The translations under genes were made by a program, and so were the position numbers. DNA of 40,498 nucleotides from the NCBI GenBank assembly GCA_000934665.2, contig JYFJ02003533.1, positions 1-40,498 on the forward strand, read 5' to 3'. The DNA comes from Catajapyx aquilonaris (lineage: Eukaryota). Below are positions 11,801 through 25,377 of the stretch, in pieces (position 1 is the stretch's first letter; every line of letters starts with the position of its first letter). The notes under the pieces were generated by a model. The model was not told the origin of the DNA. It searched no databases and saw only the letters and a list, made by a program, of their open reading frames with translations.

Positions 11801-14800
11801 ATACCACTCAAAATAGAGAAGCGAGAAAAAAGGCCACTTTTTTGTACATAATAGGCATTGTTACGAGCAGACGCCTTTTGCGGAGAATGACTTCCACCGC
11901 AATCAAAGTGGCTGGATGAAGGAGAGATATTTAATATAGACTGGATGGGAATTGGGAGAGGGAAAGTACGAGCCTGAAGAGAATGGTAAACCAGGTTGAT
12001 TCCTTTATAGGGACGTACCGGGCTGTATAGTAATAAAACGAGACGCAAAAAACTTCGCCTACGCTAAAGCTGTTCATGCTAATGAAGCAAATATAGGAGT
12101 GAGAAAACTTCATGATTGCATGTACACAAAAAAATGGCACTTTTTGTCGACGGATTGAAAATAGGAGGAAAGTTTGGATCGTGCTGCGTCTCTCATCACC
12201 TTCATCATTCTGATGAATTTTTCATGGATCTAATCGGCTGAAAAATTGGGAGAAAAACTGATATAAAAAAGGATAGTCATCCGTGAACATAAAATGAGTT
12301 TTATAAGTCTGCTTACCGTATTCAGCGTCATTTGTGCTTGGCTGATTCCCGGAATATTTTATCACTATAGCTGTTGCACAACTAAGTTCGTCGATAGCAT
12401 ATAATGCTATATGGATTTTAAACACGTCATCAAGAAACGATCACGTCTCGATCCGGTCGGCAATCTGAATTAAAAATTTCGTACTGATGTGTCTCCCGTT
12501 AGACACATACTATAATAAATTATCGAATGTTGTAGTACATTCACGTGGGAGGTGCACATCATGTGCAATATACTGTACAAGCCGAAGTCCACCCTGCAGT
12601 ACTACAGCAGCTTGCTCCTATGTGCACTTGTGCTTGGGCAAAAAGAATGAGAAAAGATCAAAGGCGGTCTTGCAGAGTGCAAGGAGTAAACGTAGCTGGG
12701 AGGGCAGGAAGGGGCATGGGAAATGGAATTGGTTGGGACAGGTGAATGTAGATCCTGTGCTGTGCTGTCAGGCCCAGCCGACAACCCAAATCCTTTGTAG
12801 GCGCTACCTCTGCATAATGGCGGTCTTTTTGTGCTCTAATTACTCCCTACGGCCACGTCTTTTTACACCTGCCACTACTGCTCAGATAAGAGAAGGCACT
12901 CCCCTGCTTCAAATTCGCAAAAGGTATGCCATAAAGATGGAACTTGTGCACAGCTTTGCTTTGCATTTTGTACGCTGACATTTTCTGACCCAAAACGGAC
13001 TCTGAATGCAACAGAAACCTACCTATTACAAAACGTTTGGTTTTCTGTGTAGAATATAACGGAAAAATTTGGTGACACCGCCACAGACAGATTTTATTGC
13101 AGTAATAAGTTAAAGAGTAATTGACTAGTATAGGTGAAGCAAATTATCAAATAAATTGTTAATGATTTTTACTAATAAGTCAACACATTGCAAGGGCGTA
13201 TTAAAATCAGCCTGGGATTGTGTGAGTTGGTACCGACATGTTCTCAGCATTTCGCTATAAAAGTTAGGACAAAATTTATCTGCAATAAAACTAATACTCT
13301 CGGTTTAGCACTCAGGTTAAGTATCCTGCGCTAAACTTCAAAATTATCTCGCCTTTGAAAAAACAGTTGCCACCCTGATAAAATAAAGGGACTCAGATTG
13401 ATTTGGGACACTTTTTTTCTCCCAGAACTCGTTAAAAAAAAGTGAGCCCCATATTCTCTCGAAACTTCCCCTTGTCTTAACTTTTTTATGACTTTTCTTC
13501 CCTATATACCACCTCTTCCAGCAACCTTCCCTACACCCTTTTCCCCTTTTCCTAGAAAGTAGGGGGTGTGGTTGAGAGGGAATTGATGGCGTTGCTCGAG
13601 GCAACCAGGCCGAGATATCAATTCCCACCTTCCAATTCGTTAAGTGCTGATTTTGCTTTTCATGAACCGTGCCGAGGTAGCTCATTGAAATGGTAACGTT
13701 TCGCCTGGTCGGAGATCAATAGCCTTTTGTTTCTACCTTACGAGGGATCTTCGTATTTACTCACTCCCTTTTTGGAAAGTTTGTGCATAATTGACTCTCC
13801 ATACTAGTTGTCAACCACAGGATCAACTTGTCACTTGTTGCAGCTCCGCACAAACTTTCGAAAATGGGCGCCAAACTGGCAGGAAATGAAGCTAGGAGCT
13901 TGAAAGATATTGCATTGTTGGGTACTGTTTACGCGGGTGTTATTCCCCTCGTGTGTATGTAATCACCGCCGTATTCAGAAATTATTGGCTCTTCTCCGTT
14001 TCCCCATGCTGTTTTCCTCCAGTTAAAGATCCGGACCTCGTCTGGAGAAAACGCCCCGGGGCGCTTGAAACTTCCATCAAGGAAGCAGATAAAACAAGCG
14101 GCAAGAAATTGTAAGTGGATGTGTTATACATGGACCAGGCTGCTTCTTCGACCCTCCCGGATATTTGTTCCGACTTCAAGACGGATGGCAGTTTTTTTAA
14201 CCCTTCATTTTTTCTCTTCTAATCTTAGGCAGTAAATATCACCTTGGGCAGATGAACTTTAGTCGTAGAAAACCACTGCGATCTATAGCCTGCAGCATCT
14301 TGTCGAGACATGATTGAGGTACTCCCAAGTATCAGACGCCTTCTGGGTCAAGTTCTGTTTAGTGGTCGACTCTTCATAAGCAACAAGTGTACCTCGTCTC
14401 GGACTAATTAGCAAGCTGTCGTCACTCCTACAGGAATCGAGTCTGGTTCAGCGCTCTAATGGCACAGAAGAGCCCTTAATGGGGGCTTTCCGGGCGAGGC
14501 TCTTCCGGATAGGTCTCCTCTCAGCATCAGGCCCAAAGGTCCGAAGCAGGCTCCAGTTAACCCTCCAACATACACAACAGTTCATTCATTTTTCACACTG
14601 AACGAGTCAGCAGAAAATGACTAATAATCATAGATTGATTCATTACCCGCTGCTTCTGTGCCGACTGATTCAATTTGTTCAAAGGTTCCTCTTTAATGGG
14701 CGTGACGCGCTAGTCAATTACGTCCTGTAGGATTGGTAATGGGGCGTGAGAGGCACTAATGGCAATCGGTGGGTCATTTGGATGCCCTTAGGTGACCACT

Positions 14801-15148
14801 TTTTTATGTACAGGGTGAGCCAGAAGCACCTTTTCACACATGTATGGTTCTGACTCGCTTTGTATATACTATAATGAGATTATGTCATGGTTCCGTACAT
14901 GATGTGACATATGCAGACCCCGGCAGCATGCTTCCGGATATATTTTTTGAACGATGGTAATTTCGTCTCTTGAGAAAGAGAATTCCGGTTCCCAGATCAT
15001 GGCCGTGATGACTGAAAAAGAGACGTCATCAGACACCGTCGGATAAATTTCTTTCCTCTCGACCAACAGGTCCCCCAAGCCCACCTTCGCCAACTCCATA
15101 TATCACGGGAGTCGATTTCCAATACAAAGTTGCGATGGAGAAGGAGAG

Positions 15149-15176
15149 TGAGGAGGAAGAGGAGGAGGAGGAGGAG

Positions 15177-15210
<34 letters not shown>
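15149..15210. repeat. (GAG)n followed by (GA)n microsatellite
   Basis: Directly visible. Confidence 0.95.
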
Positions 15211-15212
<2 letters not shown>

Positions 15213-18200
15213 TTGATTTATAGCCTACAAGTGCTTAGTACACACCAGCATAAGTACTGAGTACACTTCAGAAAGTTTTAGGGCTTCTCGCGCTGTTGAC
15301 TCGTTTTCAGAGTCACTAATGGAATCGGTTAAAAACGCGTGTCAGGAAGGAAAGAACCTAGTCTGTTGGAATTTCCCCGCATTTAACCTGAGGCGGTTTC
15401 AGACCGGTAAAATGTACATTAATGTTTATTAATTCTGAACAATTTATTCATAACTTTTCATCAGTCATGTGCGACTTGAAATACCTGACCCATATATTAA
15501 CATGAAAACGCAATCTTAATAACTGTCATCATACTGCTAAATCTGTTAAATTGTTATAGGGAGCTTATGTCGAGAAGCTCCAATTTACTACTAGTGGTAT
15601 GTACGGTTTATGCATAGCCATATGTTATTAGCAATTAACTCGAATCAGATTGCGAGTGCAAATTCCATTACCACCATGAACGTTGCATTACCAGATTACT
15701 TCTGAAAGAGGGACAGTAGAGAACGAATTACCATCAAGCACTTCGCTTCATGAATACCAGCACACTTGCCAAAAAAAAATGTTCTGCATAACGATCCGAA
15801 AATGATGTATAAGCTCCGTCAGTTTATGGAAGCAGCTGATTCTGAATGGTCCATCAGCCCGAGGGTAAATGAGGAGTGTCAAGGGCGATACTCGTAGCGA
15901 TGCCCCCCTTTTTCCGAGGGAATGACAAATAACGAAAGTTATTCCGTTACATGGTCCGACAGATATAACTCTGGTTGAGATGCGATAGCATATAATATTA
16001 CACTCCTGCTCCACTTGAATCCCTTCGTTTCCATTGATTTTCCAACCTCATATTGACTCGAGTTGGCAGAAACACACATGTACTCCGTTGAAGGAGCCTT
16101 TTGATATATGGAATAACACAAGCCTCCAACTCCTTTTGTCAGACAACAAAGAGCGTTTATACGCAGCTGATTTGACGTCACCGATAAACTCCCCATCTCA
16201 TCATATGAGCGGCTATAAATGCTGGGAATGGTGGATGTGGGATGGAGAGGATTTCAATTAGCTTCCCATTGTATCCCCCCCCCCNCCCCAAAATAATAAG
16301 GGCTTAATTCGAGCAGCTAAAAACAGCTGAAATTCTGATTAGGGGCTGATTACTTGTGCCGGGGGCTAATTTATAGCAACCTCGGTGCGAGTATTGACGT
16401 TTTCTAGAGGTTAGGCTGAGAGAGGTGGGAGGGTTTGGTAGTTGGTGGGGAATATAACAGCTACTTTTAAAACGAACTCAAGTACATTGGGAAGTCGGCT
16501 GATTCAGGCCCAATCTAATCTCCTCGACGCCCAGGTCTGATGAATAGCGCTCAAAAGACGCTCTGGGGAAAAGGCCAAGGTTTTCAAGTGTCTTTGTCTA
16601 GAGAAAATATATAATTGGAACGGTGCATTACTCTTCTCCGTTATAAATGTGCTGGAAGTGCGTCTGTTGCGCGGGGCCATTCCTTCAGTCTGTTATTAAC
16701 TTCCCTGTGTCTCTGTTGTTTGTCTTATAACGAGAGAATGTGATTCCGTTTGAATGAGGAAAAGAAGGATGGTAAACACTGTTAAGAACCGAAATCTTAA
16801 GTCAACATCTCCAGAGAAGGGTCTGGTAGTTCCAAAATGCGTGTTCGACAAGTTCTGAGTCTTTAAAAACAAGCCTCTAGAATTCTTTCAATAACATGAT
16901 AATTGGTTGAATGTGACTGTAAATAGAAAGCGATTTTTTGTCGTATAACATTTCAATTTACATAATATTAAAGAGTTGGTGAAAACTGTACAGCAGAGTT
17001 ATACAACTAGACAGTACGTGGATGCTAGCTATTGACGAATTTCCTTTCAATTTTTTTAACTCTCTCGAACTAATATGGTTAAAAGGCTATAAATTCACGC
17101 GCAACGAAGGCCTTCTACCAGAAGTTGAAAGGCATGGCATTTCCTAGGTACAGATCTCTCATGTCGCCGAAGCTGTCACAGAGAAAAAAAAAGTTTGGGA
17201 CAAAATCTCAAGGACAAGTGCTGATGCTGCCAATTGGAGACGAAGTGGGGACGAACAATTCAAAGTTCGATCGAAGTGCAGACGGAAAGAGAGAAGAAAG
17301 GCAAGGAAAGTCGACTTGGAAATGATTGCTGTGGAAGGGACAGATATTTTTTTTTTTTTTTTTTTGCAACTTTCTTCCCATGTCCCATTCCTCGTTTCCT
17401 CGATTGCGCCTCAACCTGAGGGGAAAAAAAGAATCCGAGAGACAGAGAGGACTCAGGTGTTTCGAAGGAAGGATGATTGAATTCCAACTATAAGAAGATT
17501 GTTCGTCCCCGAGTAGAAGCCTCTTATTTCAGGGGTGGCCTGCAAAATGAAATGGATTCACTACATTACCCACTCTTCTAGATCTTCTAACCAGATGGTG
17601 TAATCAGATTTTAAATCCTCATGTTCAGGTTGGTTTTTTTCTTCTTTTGAATGCGGACGTGAATGTGAAGGAGAAATATTCAGGGCAGAAAATTTGCATC
17701 AGCAAGGTTTCATCTCTATTAGGAATACCATCTGATTTCAGGTTGTTAGTCAATTCAAGCAATTAATAATAATTATAGGAATATTGAATGGCAGATTTTT
17801 TACCACTAATAAATATTATAACATGCGATTACACTTCACCTTACCTTCACGTCACTTATAAAGTTGGCAAATATGACCTCAAAACCATGCATAGTACAGT
17901 ACAAGCCAGGCTACGTCATAAGGTGAATCACTATACTCTCAGCACTAAATTTAATTGCGGTTCATAAAATTAAGCCATCAGCAAAAGACAACAACTGTTG
18001 CACACCTTATGACGTTTTTGGCCTGTCCTGTTTGATTAAAGCTTTCCGAGATAATCATCGCCTGGCAGTGAGCCCCACCATAAATTTAATTCCTCCACCT
18101 TTGCTGGAACAGGTTTGTTTTCTCATGAGGGTAAAGGAGGGCTGGATCTATAAAGTTGGGAGTAAAGATATAGCTCTATGCAAATACGTTATCCGAAGTC

Positions 18201-18504
18201 TCTTTTCGCCCGCAAGAAGGAGCCTTGGAAGGCATTTACGGCCATAAGGATGTACCCTTATCTGAATATCAGTGACGTGGTATAACGCGCCTCGGGAGAA
18301 GCATTAGTGCCCTAACTGTATTGTGAATATGTGCTTCTTCTCATGTGAGTTTTGGAGGATTTGGGATCTCTGAAATTCACTTATCCTTTTGCTGCTTCAG
18401 GATACTTCTGGAGGGGGTTTTAATCTGCGGGTGGCAGGTGCCGGAATTGGTTTTTTTGTAGCCAAGTGAAATCATAATTGCCTGATTTACTTTCTAGAGC
18501 TAAT

Positions 18505-21500
18505 ATGACCCTGGCGCCAGGCAGCGGCTCGTGGGCCGATTGCCTACAACGATGCCGAGAATCACGTCGCTTGGTCCTCATCATCGTAGCCATTGCTCTT
18601 CTCCTGGACAACATGCTTCTCACCACAGTCGGTGAGTAAACTATCTACTATGGTGCAAGGGGCAGTACTACAAATAGGACAATGCGTACGGTACTGCACA
18701 TAATGAGTGATTCAATTGTCGGTGTGTAATCAATGCATGATTGGGCAGGTAAAGATGAAGCATAGTTATTTTGCATTTGAATCATGATTCGTGGTTGCAT
18801 GTAGGCCTACATATTTTATCGGAATCATCACAACTGTCATTGTGCCCGTGTAAGTCCATGATGAACGTACACTCTGTACGATACACTGTAGGTTTCGATT
18901 GACATGTAACACCAAATATCATTTTCAGTGATATCATGGTTTGCACGATTGGATCGAGCGCAAATTATTGACATGGCCTTATTTGCTGAAACAATGCTGA
19001 TGTATATATTCTTTATTAAAACAAAACAAAAAGTTCGTTTCATTGAACTTGGTTCCTATATATACCTTGGATCTATTACACTGAACTTAATTTTAACTAT
19101 AGCGTGCATGACATCCCTGAAGTACTTTTTCATATGATTATGCGTCTCATATACATGACGTATAATAACACGAAGGCATGCTCTCGATTAATGTTCCTAA
19201 ATCAATGCATTTAAACACACACACGGATATAATATACCATAATGTGCCGCATTATTGCAACTTAACCGAGTGCTGTTCTAACCCACGTTAATCGCATGTA
19301 ACGCAGAATGTTCATGCCACCAATTAAATTCCTGCACACCAAGCACTCGTCACTAACGAATGCAACAATTCAGTACGCCTCTGAAACAACTTGACTGCTA
19401 TACATCCAGTTTTGCTATAGCTGAATCTGATCTCCTCTCCAAGTAAGGAAAAGATGCAAGGGTTGACATGGATAATAGTCCGGGGAGGTGAGGTGCTTAG
19501 ATAATTGGCCCTCCTCGCTCACCGAGCTGCACGGGAGAGTCAAAATCAAATCTGAGCGACGTAATTGCGAGCGAGAGAGGTAGTCTACCTAGCTAGGTAC
19601 ATAGGTATAGTGTATAGGGGAGTCCACGAGATGATCGATCTCTGGCTGGCTTCAAGCGACGAGGTGGAGGAGTAAGGTGGAAGAGGAGGGAGAAGGAGAA
19701 GCTGCACTGCTTGTTAACCCCTCTTTCAGCCAGGCCTGCTCAAATATTCATACGTGTCAATTGGGTTGCTGACCCACACTTGCCTATCTCCGATGGGCAT
19801 ATGCTTTGGGGAATCCCCCATCGTCATCTCTCTAGCTCTCTCTTTAAAATTCACGATCTCCTCTGGACCGATCACGTCACGGTGTGGATTCCGCAGTCCC
19901 TCTGAAGCGTAATTTATTTAAATGCTCCGAAATATGCGGAATTTTACCTCATCATACCCTAGTGTAATTGAGTAACTGCTATGGGATATACTGTAGAGAT
20001 ATACCGTTTGCACTGATGCTTTTCTGATAGGTGTATTACAGGCCATATAAATCGCACGGAACACAAGTCAAATCATCAATTTACAAAGCAATTATCAGTT
20101 TCTATGACACTGAATGTTGCTCTAGAAAAGTATCCCAAGTCCGTATTTTCGTTCTGAATGTCGCAAATTTTTCATTTGCAATTCAGGATTATGTTTGTTC
20201 CAGGCAAGGTAAAAGCAAGATTGACTACTAACAGCAAACGACAGGCGCCATTTATTGTCTATATATAAAGGAGATTACGCCATCAAAATTTCTGCACATA
20301 ACAGATTTTGCAAATCGTAACAACTTAAAGAGTCTGGATTCATCGCGTTTCCATTATGGGAATTTGTCAGTTCATATGTTCTTGACGATATACACATAAA
20401 TACCTTAAATGTAGAACAATCATATAGCGTCGATTGGCCTGTTTCGAGATATGACTGTTTGCAGTTTCAAAAGTGTATTATTTCTTATAAAATTATTGGT
20501 TTTAAATATATTTCATGGGGACTCCAGTTTCTCGATCAGAAATCTTATTTGACCGATATTATATCCTTTTGGGACTATGTCAAATACGAATACCTAACTC
20601 AATTTAGAGCAAAATGTTACTCCTTTTTCAGGTCTTCGTATGTAAAAAATAAATAAAAAAAACACACACAGTCTTACTGTCCAGAACCTACTCTGTAAGT
20701 GTAGAGTCAAGGGGTTTGCCTCAGTTGTTAAGAGTACTTCACTATATACCTATACTTTGTAACAGCAGCACTTTAACTTCAACGGCAAGAAAATAATTAA
20801 ATTATCCGCTCTTTCCTTCTCATTGGAGCACTACAATTAAGTTCAGTAGGTGAGGGTAATTAATGACTCTCTGGATGTGGCACTTCCTTGATTAGGCGGC
20901 CTCCAAGTCTCCAATTAATTAAGCCGGTTCTTACAAATCGTCGTTATTATATCCCGACGTAAACAAATTACAGTACAGTACTTTAAACGGGGGGAAAGTA
21001 CTAGTTCAAAAGTGGCTACTTTTTTTGTTGCAAAGCAGTGGGATCCATTTCGTCACAATGGAGCGCCATACACCCGACTTTTCTAAGCAAGGTAATCAAT
21101 TTTTCATCCGGTGCATAAAACGAAACATGCCCCTGGCCAGCCGAATATTGAGGCCCACAATGGATAAGCTCATGGACTCAATTTGCAATAGTGAACCAAG
21201 CTAGCTTGCACTGTAGTACCAATGCCTTACTTGAAGTACAGATGACGTTTAAGCTTTTTGCTAAACTGCTTGACTCGCACGATAATTATATTCGCTTGTG
21301 GAATTGCGCGTTCACTATTTATTCATGAATGCTCAGAGACCGAAAAGTTTTTCGAAAATGAATTTCGGCCGACATGTCGAGATCCCTGTGACGGTGCGCT
21401 ATTTTACATCGCAACTCCTGAACTCTGTGATGCACAAAATGAAAAAATGTTGGAATTAAACAACCGTAACTAACATGTGATGCGACCGCCAGTTAGTAAA

Positions 21501-24500
21501 CTTAGAGAAACCTGCAACGCTGAAATGCACGGGTGGAATGTTTTAAATGCTTGAAACACCAACATTTGAAAAACCAATAATATTGCTGTTACATAATACT
21601 TCCAACTACGTAGGCGACCCATTGCATAGCTTTGGAACAACTATGGGAACAACTAAGTACAGCACATAAAAAGACCATTTTGCACCCATCTCATATTAAA
21701 ATCGAGTTTATCAACCACAAAACTGCACCTTAGGTAACTTAATAAAGTTGTTAATTACTTACAAAGTGAGGAAGGTGAGTCGACATAAACTCTTACAATC
21801 GATATCAAAATGTTGAAAATTTAATACTGTCTCAGAATTTCTTCAACGATTTTCAGCTTTACTTTACCTTCCGTGATGGTACAGTATAGGCTACATCACA
21901 GCACTTTCAAAAAGACAGCAACAAAATTCTGCAATGTACTGACACAAAAATTATGTTTTCCCCTTGCAAGTACCGATAATACCGGAGTTCCTGTATGCCA
22001 TCCGGCACCGCAACAAGCCCAGCCCATTCGACCCCCCCGACGACACCATCATCCTCAGCACCAGCACCAGATCCCCCAAAGCCCTCTTTCTCTCCACTCC
22101 ACCTCCCTTCACCTCCCCTCCTACAGGGCTGTCAGGAAATGCCGAATTCTTGGATGACAACTCCAACCCAGGATACTTCCAGGAAACATCCCTCACCACA
22201 GGTACACCCTACTACTCCCATTGATCTGCAGAGTGTCTATAATGCTGGTAACGTGATCTTCAGATTCTCCGGAGAATATCACCACGACTTTGTCACCAGC
22301 GGAAAAGAAGGAAAGGAGACACAAAGAACTCATCAATGAAAATGTGGAGGTTGGAGTCATGTTCGCCTCCAAGGCGTTTATACAGCTTTTGGCCAATCCG
22401 TTTGTGGGACCTCTGACCAACAGGTAAGCAGGTTTTCATTTTTTTAGTAACTTTTAAAAACTATTTCGTTTAGCTACGACATACTAATTTCTATACCTCC
22501 TCTAATTTTAGGATTGGATACAGCATTCCTATGTTCACTGGATTCATCATCATGTTTCTTTCTACACTGAGTAAGTGGCTGAACTCGAGTACTGCTTTTA
22601 AATCAGATTTTATATTTTTGCATGAGTTTTAATTGAATTCCGATTCTTTTCATCCCGTGTAGTTTTTGCGTTTGGCAGAAGTTACGGGGTACTGTTTGTG
22701 GCTAGAGCTCTGCAAGGCATTGGATCTTCGTGTTCCAGTGTTTCAGGTGGGTTCTTCGGTAATTATGCCTCGAAGCGTTCATTTCAAACAATGAGAAATT
22801 ATCTACAACAGCCACAATGAAACAATGTGCTGATTGCGTTATATCCTGAGGATCCTTCAGTTTTGCCATGCCTCAGTCTGGCACTGGAAGCACAGTTCCA
22901 GTAACTCAACAAAAGTCAATCACAAGTACCTTACGGCCACTCACGAAATCTACTAAAATATATGCGGAATCAAGAGGCTCTCTAGAAGAAAATTAGTGAC
23001 TCAATTCTCAGTAGCCTGTCAGTAATCTGCTAAATCACTTTCAAATGCCAGAATTATGACACATTTGGAAATGTACTTGTATGATATAAATGCTAGGTGT
23101 TATATCGCATTTTATGTTAGTTTTGTGAAGTATACGTAAACACAATAATTGGAATAAGTAGCCTACTGTACGGGACTGTAATCATATGATACGAGCTCGG
23201 AAGAAGAGCGACATTAGGCCTATATTAACAGTGTCAACCTATTTAAATTACTACTGGTACTTCTATGAAACCAGTGTTGTTGTGACTATGCCGAGCGCAG
23301 AGATCCTGAAACTACCCTCTGCGATGGGCACTTTGGAGCTTCATCACCCTCAGACACCCCCGATTTCACAATAGGAAATATGGTCAAAATTAAACCTACC
23401 GTCAATTCAGGATATACAAGCCTGATTTCAGATAGGTTCAAGTTACGAGCTCATTCGAGACCCATCGAGAGCAGCAATAAGGGCCGTAACCAAGATTTCA
23501 TGAGGGGCATAGATGAATCAACCCTGTTTCCCCATTGTCGGAAGTCATATCAGAGGAATTCTCCAGGAAACCCGCATTTTGAAGCAAATGTGGATAAGCA
23601 GGGTCAGAAAAAATTGGTCAAACGGAACTAAATGCAATTGGAGGTGAGGCAAACTGTTCTGCTCGTATTCCATCCTTACCATATGTGTTTGGTTGAAATT
23701 TAAAAATCAAATCGGAGTCATGTTAGGTTAGAGCCAACGGTTAAGTATTTATGGAAATGGCAATGTGACGCTCTATACAGAATCTCACACTGTTGCAGCA
23801 AGAGATTTGCCATCAGGCAACTACACCATCAGAGTGCCTCAGAATGGCCACCACTATTTTCCCACGTACTTCAAGTAAAAGCATATTTCACATTTCAGGA
23901 ATGGGCATGTTGGCTGAGCGCTATCCAAACGACAAAGAAAGAGGAAATGCCATGGGAATAGCTCTAGGAGGCTTAGCTCTGGGAGTACTCATTGGACCAC
24001 CATTCGGAGGCGTAATGTACCAATTCGTGGGCAAGACGGCGCCCTTCCTCATCCTGGCCTGCTTAGCCCTCGGAGACGGACGTAAGTACACAACCTCCGC
24101 ACCCATTTAATGGCAATAACAAGTAACATTTGTCTTTGCAACCATCAGTCCTGCAACTTCTGGTCCTGCAGCCAGGAGTGGTGAAGCAAGAATCGGACCC
24201 TCCATCCATAAAGTCTCTTCTGATGGACCCCTACATACTGGTGGCTGCTGGTGGCATCACTTTCGCCAACCTGGGCATCGCCATGCTGGAACCCTCTCTG
24301 CCGATTTGGATGATGGACACCATGAATGCACCCAAATGGCAGCTGGGGGCGGCCTTCCTACCGGCCTCAATCTCTTATCTCATCGGGACTAATCTCTTCG
24401 GACCACTGGGACATCGCATGGGCCGCTGGCTCGCTTCCCTCATCGGACTTATCGTTATCGGAATTTGTCTCATCTGTGTAAGCCTCTGTTCACACCTCAT

Positions 24501-25145
24501 TGCAGCCGGATTAATTGACATCCGCCTGATATCTGACATTTCCATATCTCTGACTTTAGATTCCATTTGCCACTCATATCAACCATCTCATCGCTCCCAA
24601 CGCCGGGTTGGGCTTTGCAATCGGAATGGTGGACTCGTCCATGATGCCCGAATTGGGCTTCCTGGTGGACATACGCCACGCACAAGTCTATGGATCCGTC
24701 TACGCCATTGGAGATGTGGCTTTTTGTCTAGGATTTGCAATCGGTTAGTTCTGCGGGTGATTGGTGTCGGTTGCGCTCGGGTTTTAAAATCTGTTCCTTT
24801 TCAGGCCCTGCTCTCAGCGGAAGTTTGGTTCAGTCCATCGGGTTTGAGTGGATGCTCTTCGGCATTGCCATCCTCAATTTTATATATGCACCCTTCATGT
24901 ATATTCTACGCAATCCTCCAACTAAAGAGGAGGAAAAGGTAATGAGCTACATCTGATGTTCGGCCATGTTTCTGCCTGACTTGTTTAAAAAAATATTATT
25001 TTGTATGTGCATCACGAACATTACGTAATGCTCGACATGCTTCACTGCCTTGTAATATTTTCTTATTTTTCTTCAGTCACTCATGATGGGCGAAAAATCA
25101 TCAGTGCGGTATGTGACTTACCGCAACGAAGAAGAAGAAGAATAG
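18505..25145 (+). CDS. Vmat: Vesicular monoamine transporter (SLC18A1/2-like MFS), 10 coding exons, about 519 aa
   Basis: Exons 18505-18631, 21971-22201, 22264-22423, 22512-22570, 22663-22746, 23899-24081, 24149-24477, 24560-24743, 24805-24938, 25077-25145. All introns are GT-AG, phases are consistent, total 1560 nt. Motifs: [108 protein letters not shown]. Confidence 0.97.
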
Positions 25146-25371
25146 TCAACTGCTGCTCGAGCAGGAATCCCCAAGAAACCCGAAGACATGCAACAACGAC
25201 AATTAGTTCCAAACAACAAATTCCATCCCTTCCATATCTGATTCAGATGATACACCCATTGTCAAAAAATTGGCAGACAAATTATTTTAATTCATCTATA
25301 AGATATTTTCAAACACGCAATATGGTATGACTCACTTGGGCAAGAAGCACATGCATCTTCCACAATTTTAA

Positions 25372-25377
25372 AATAAA
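25372..25377 (+). terminator. Probable poly(A) signal of VMAT
   Basis: First AATAAA after the stop, about 230 nt downstream. Confidence 0.55.

Noticed and set aside
14809..15099. Tc1/mariner element (TACAGGGTG end and a 76 aa minus-strand ORF)
   Set aside because: No matching second TIR and no DDE/D motif.
16538..16572. Second hammerhead (CTGATGA...GGAAAA)
   Set aside because: Stem II is not adjacent to the core boxes, and there is no stem I or III.
5800..18400. A nested gene in the long VMAT upstream region, by analogy to the ChAT/VAChT locus
   Set aside because: No ORF or exon chain with recognisable protein similarity was found; short exons cannot be excluded.
22202..22263. Apparent in-frame stop in the VMAT luminal loop
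   Set aside because: Removed by a 62 nt GT-AG intron.
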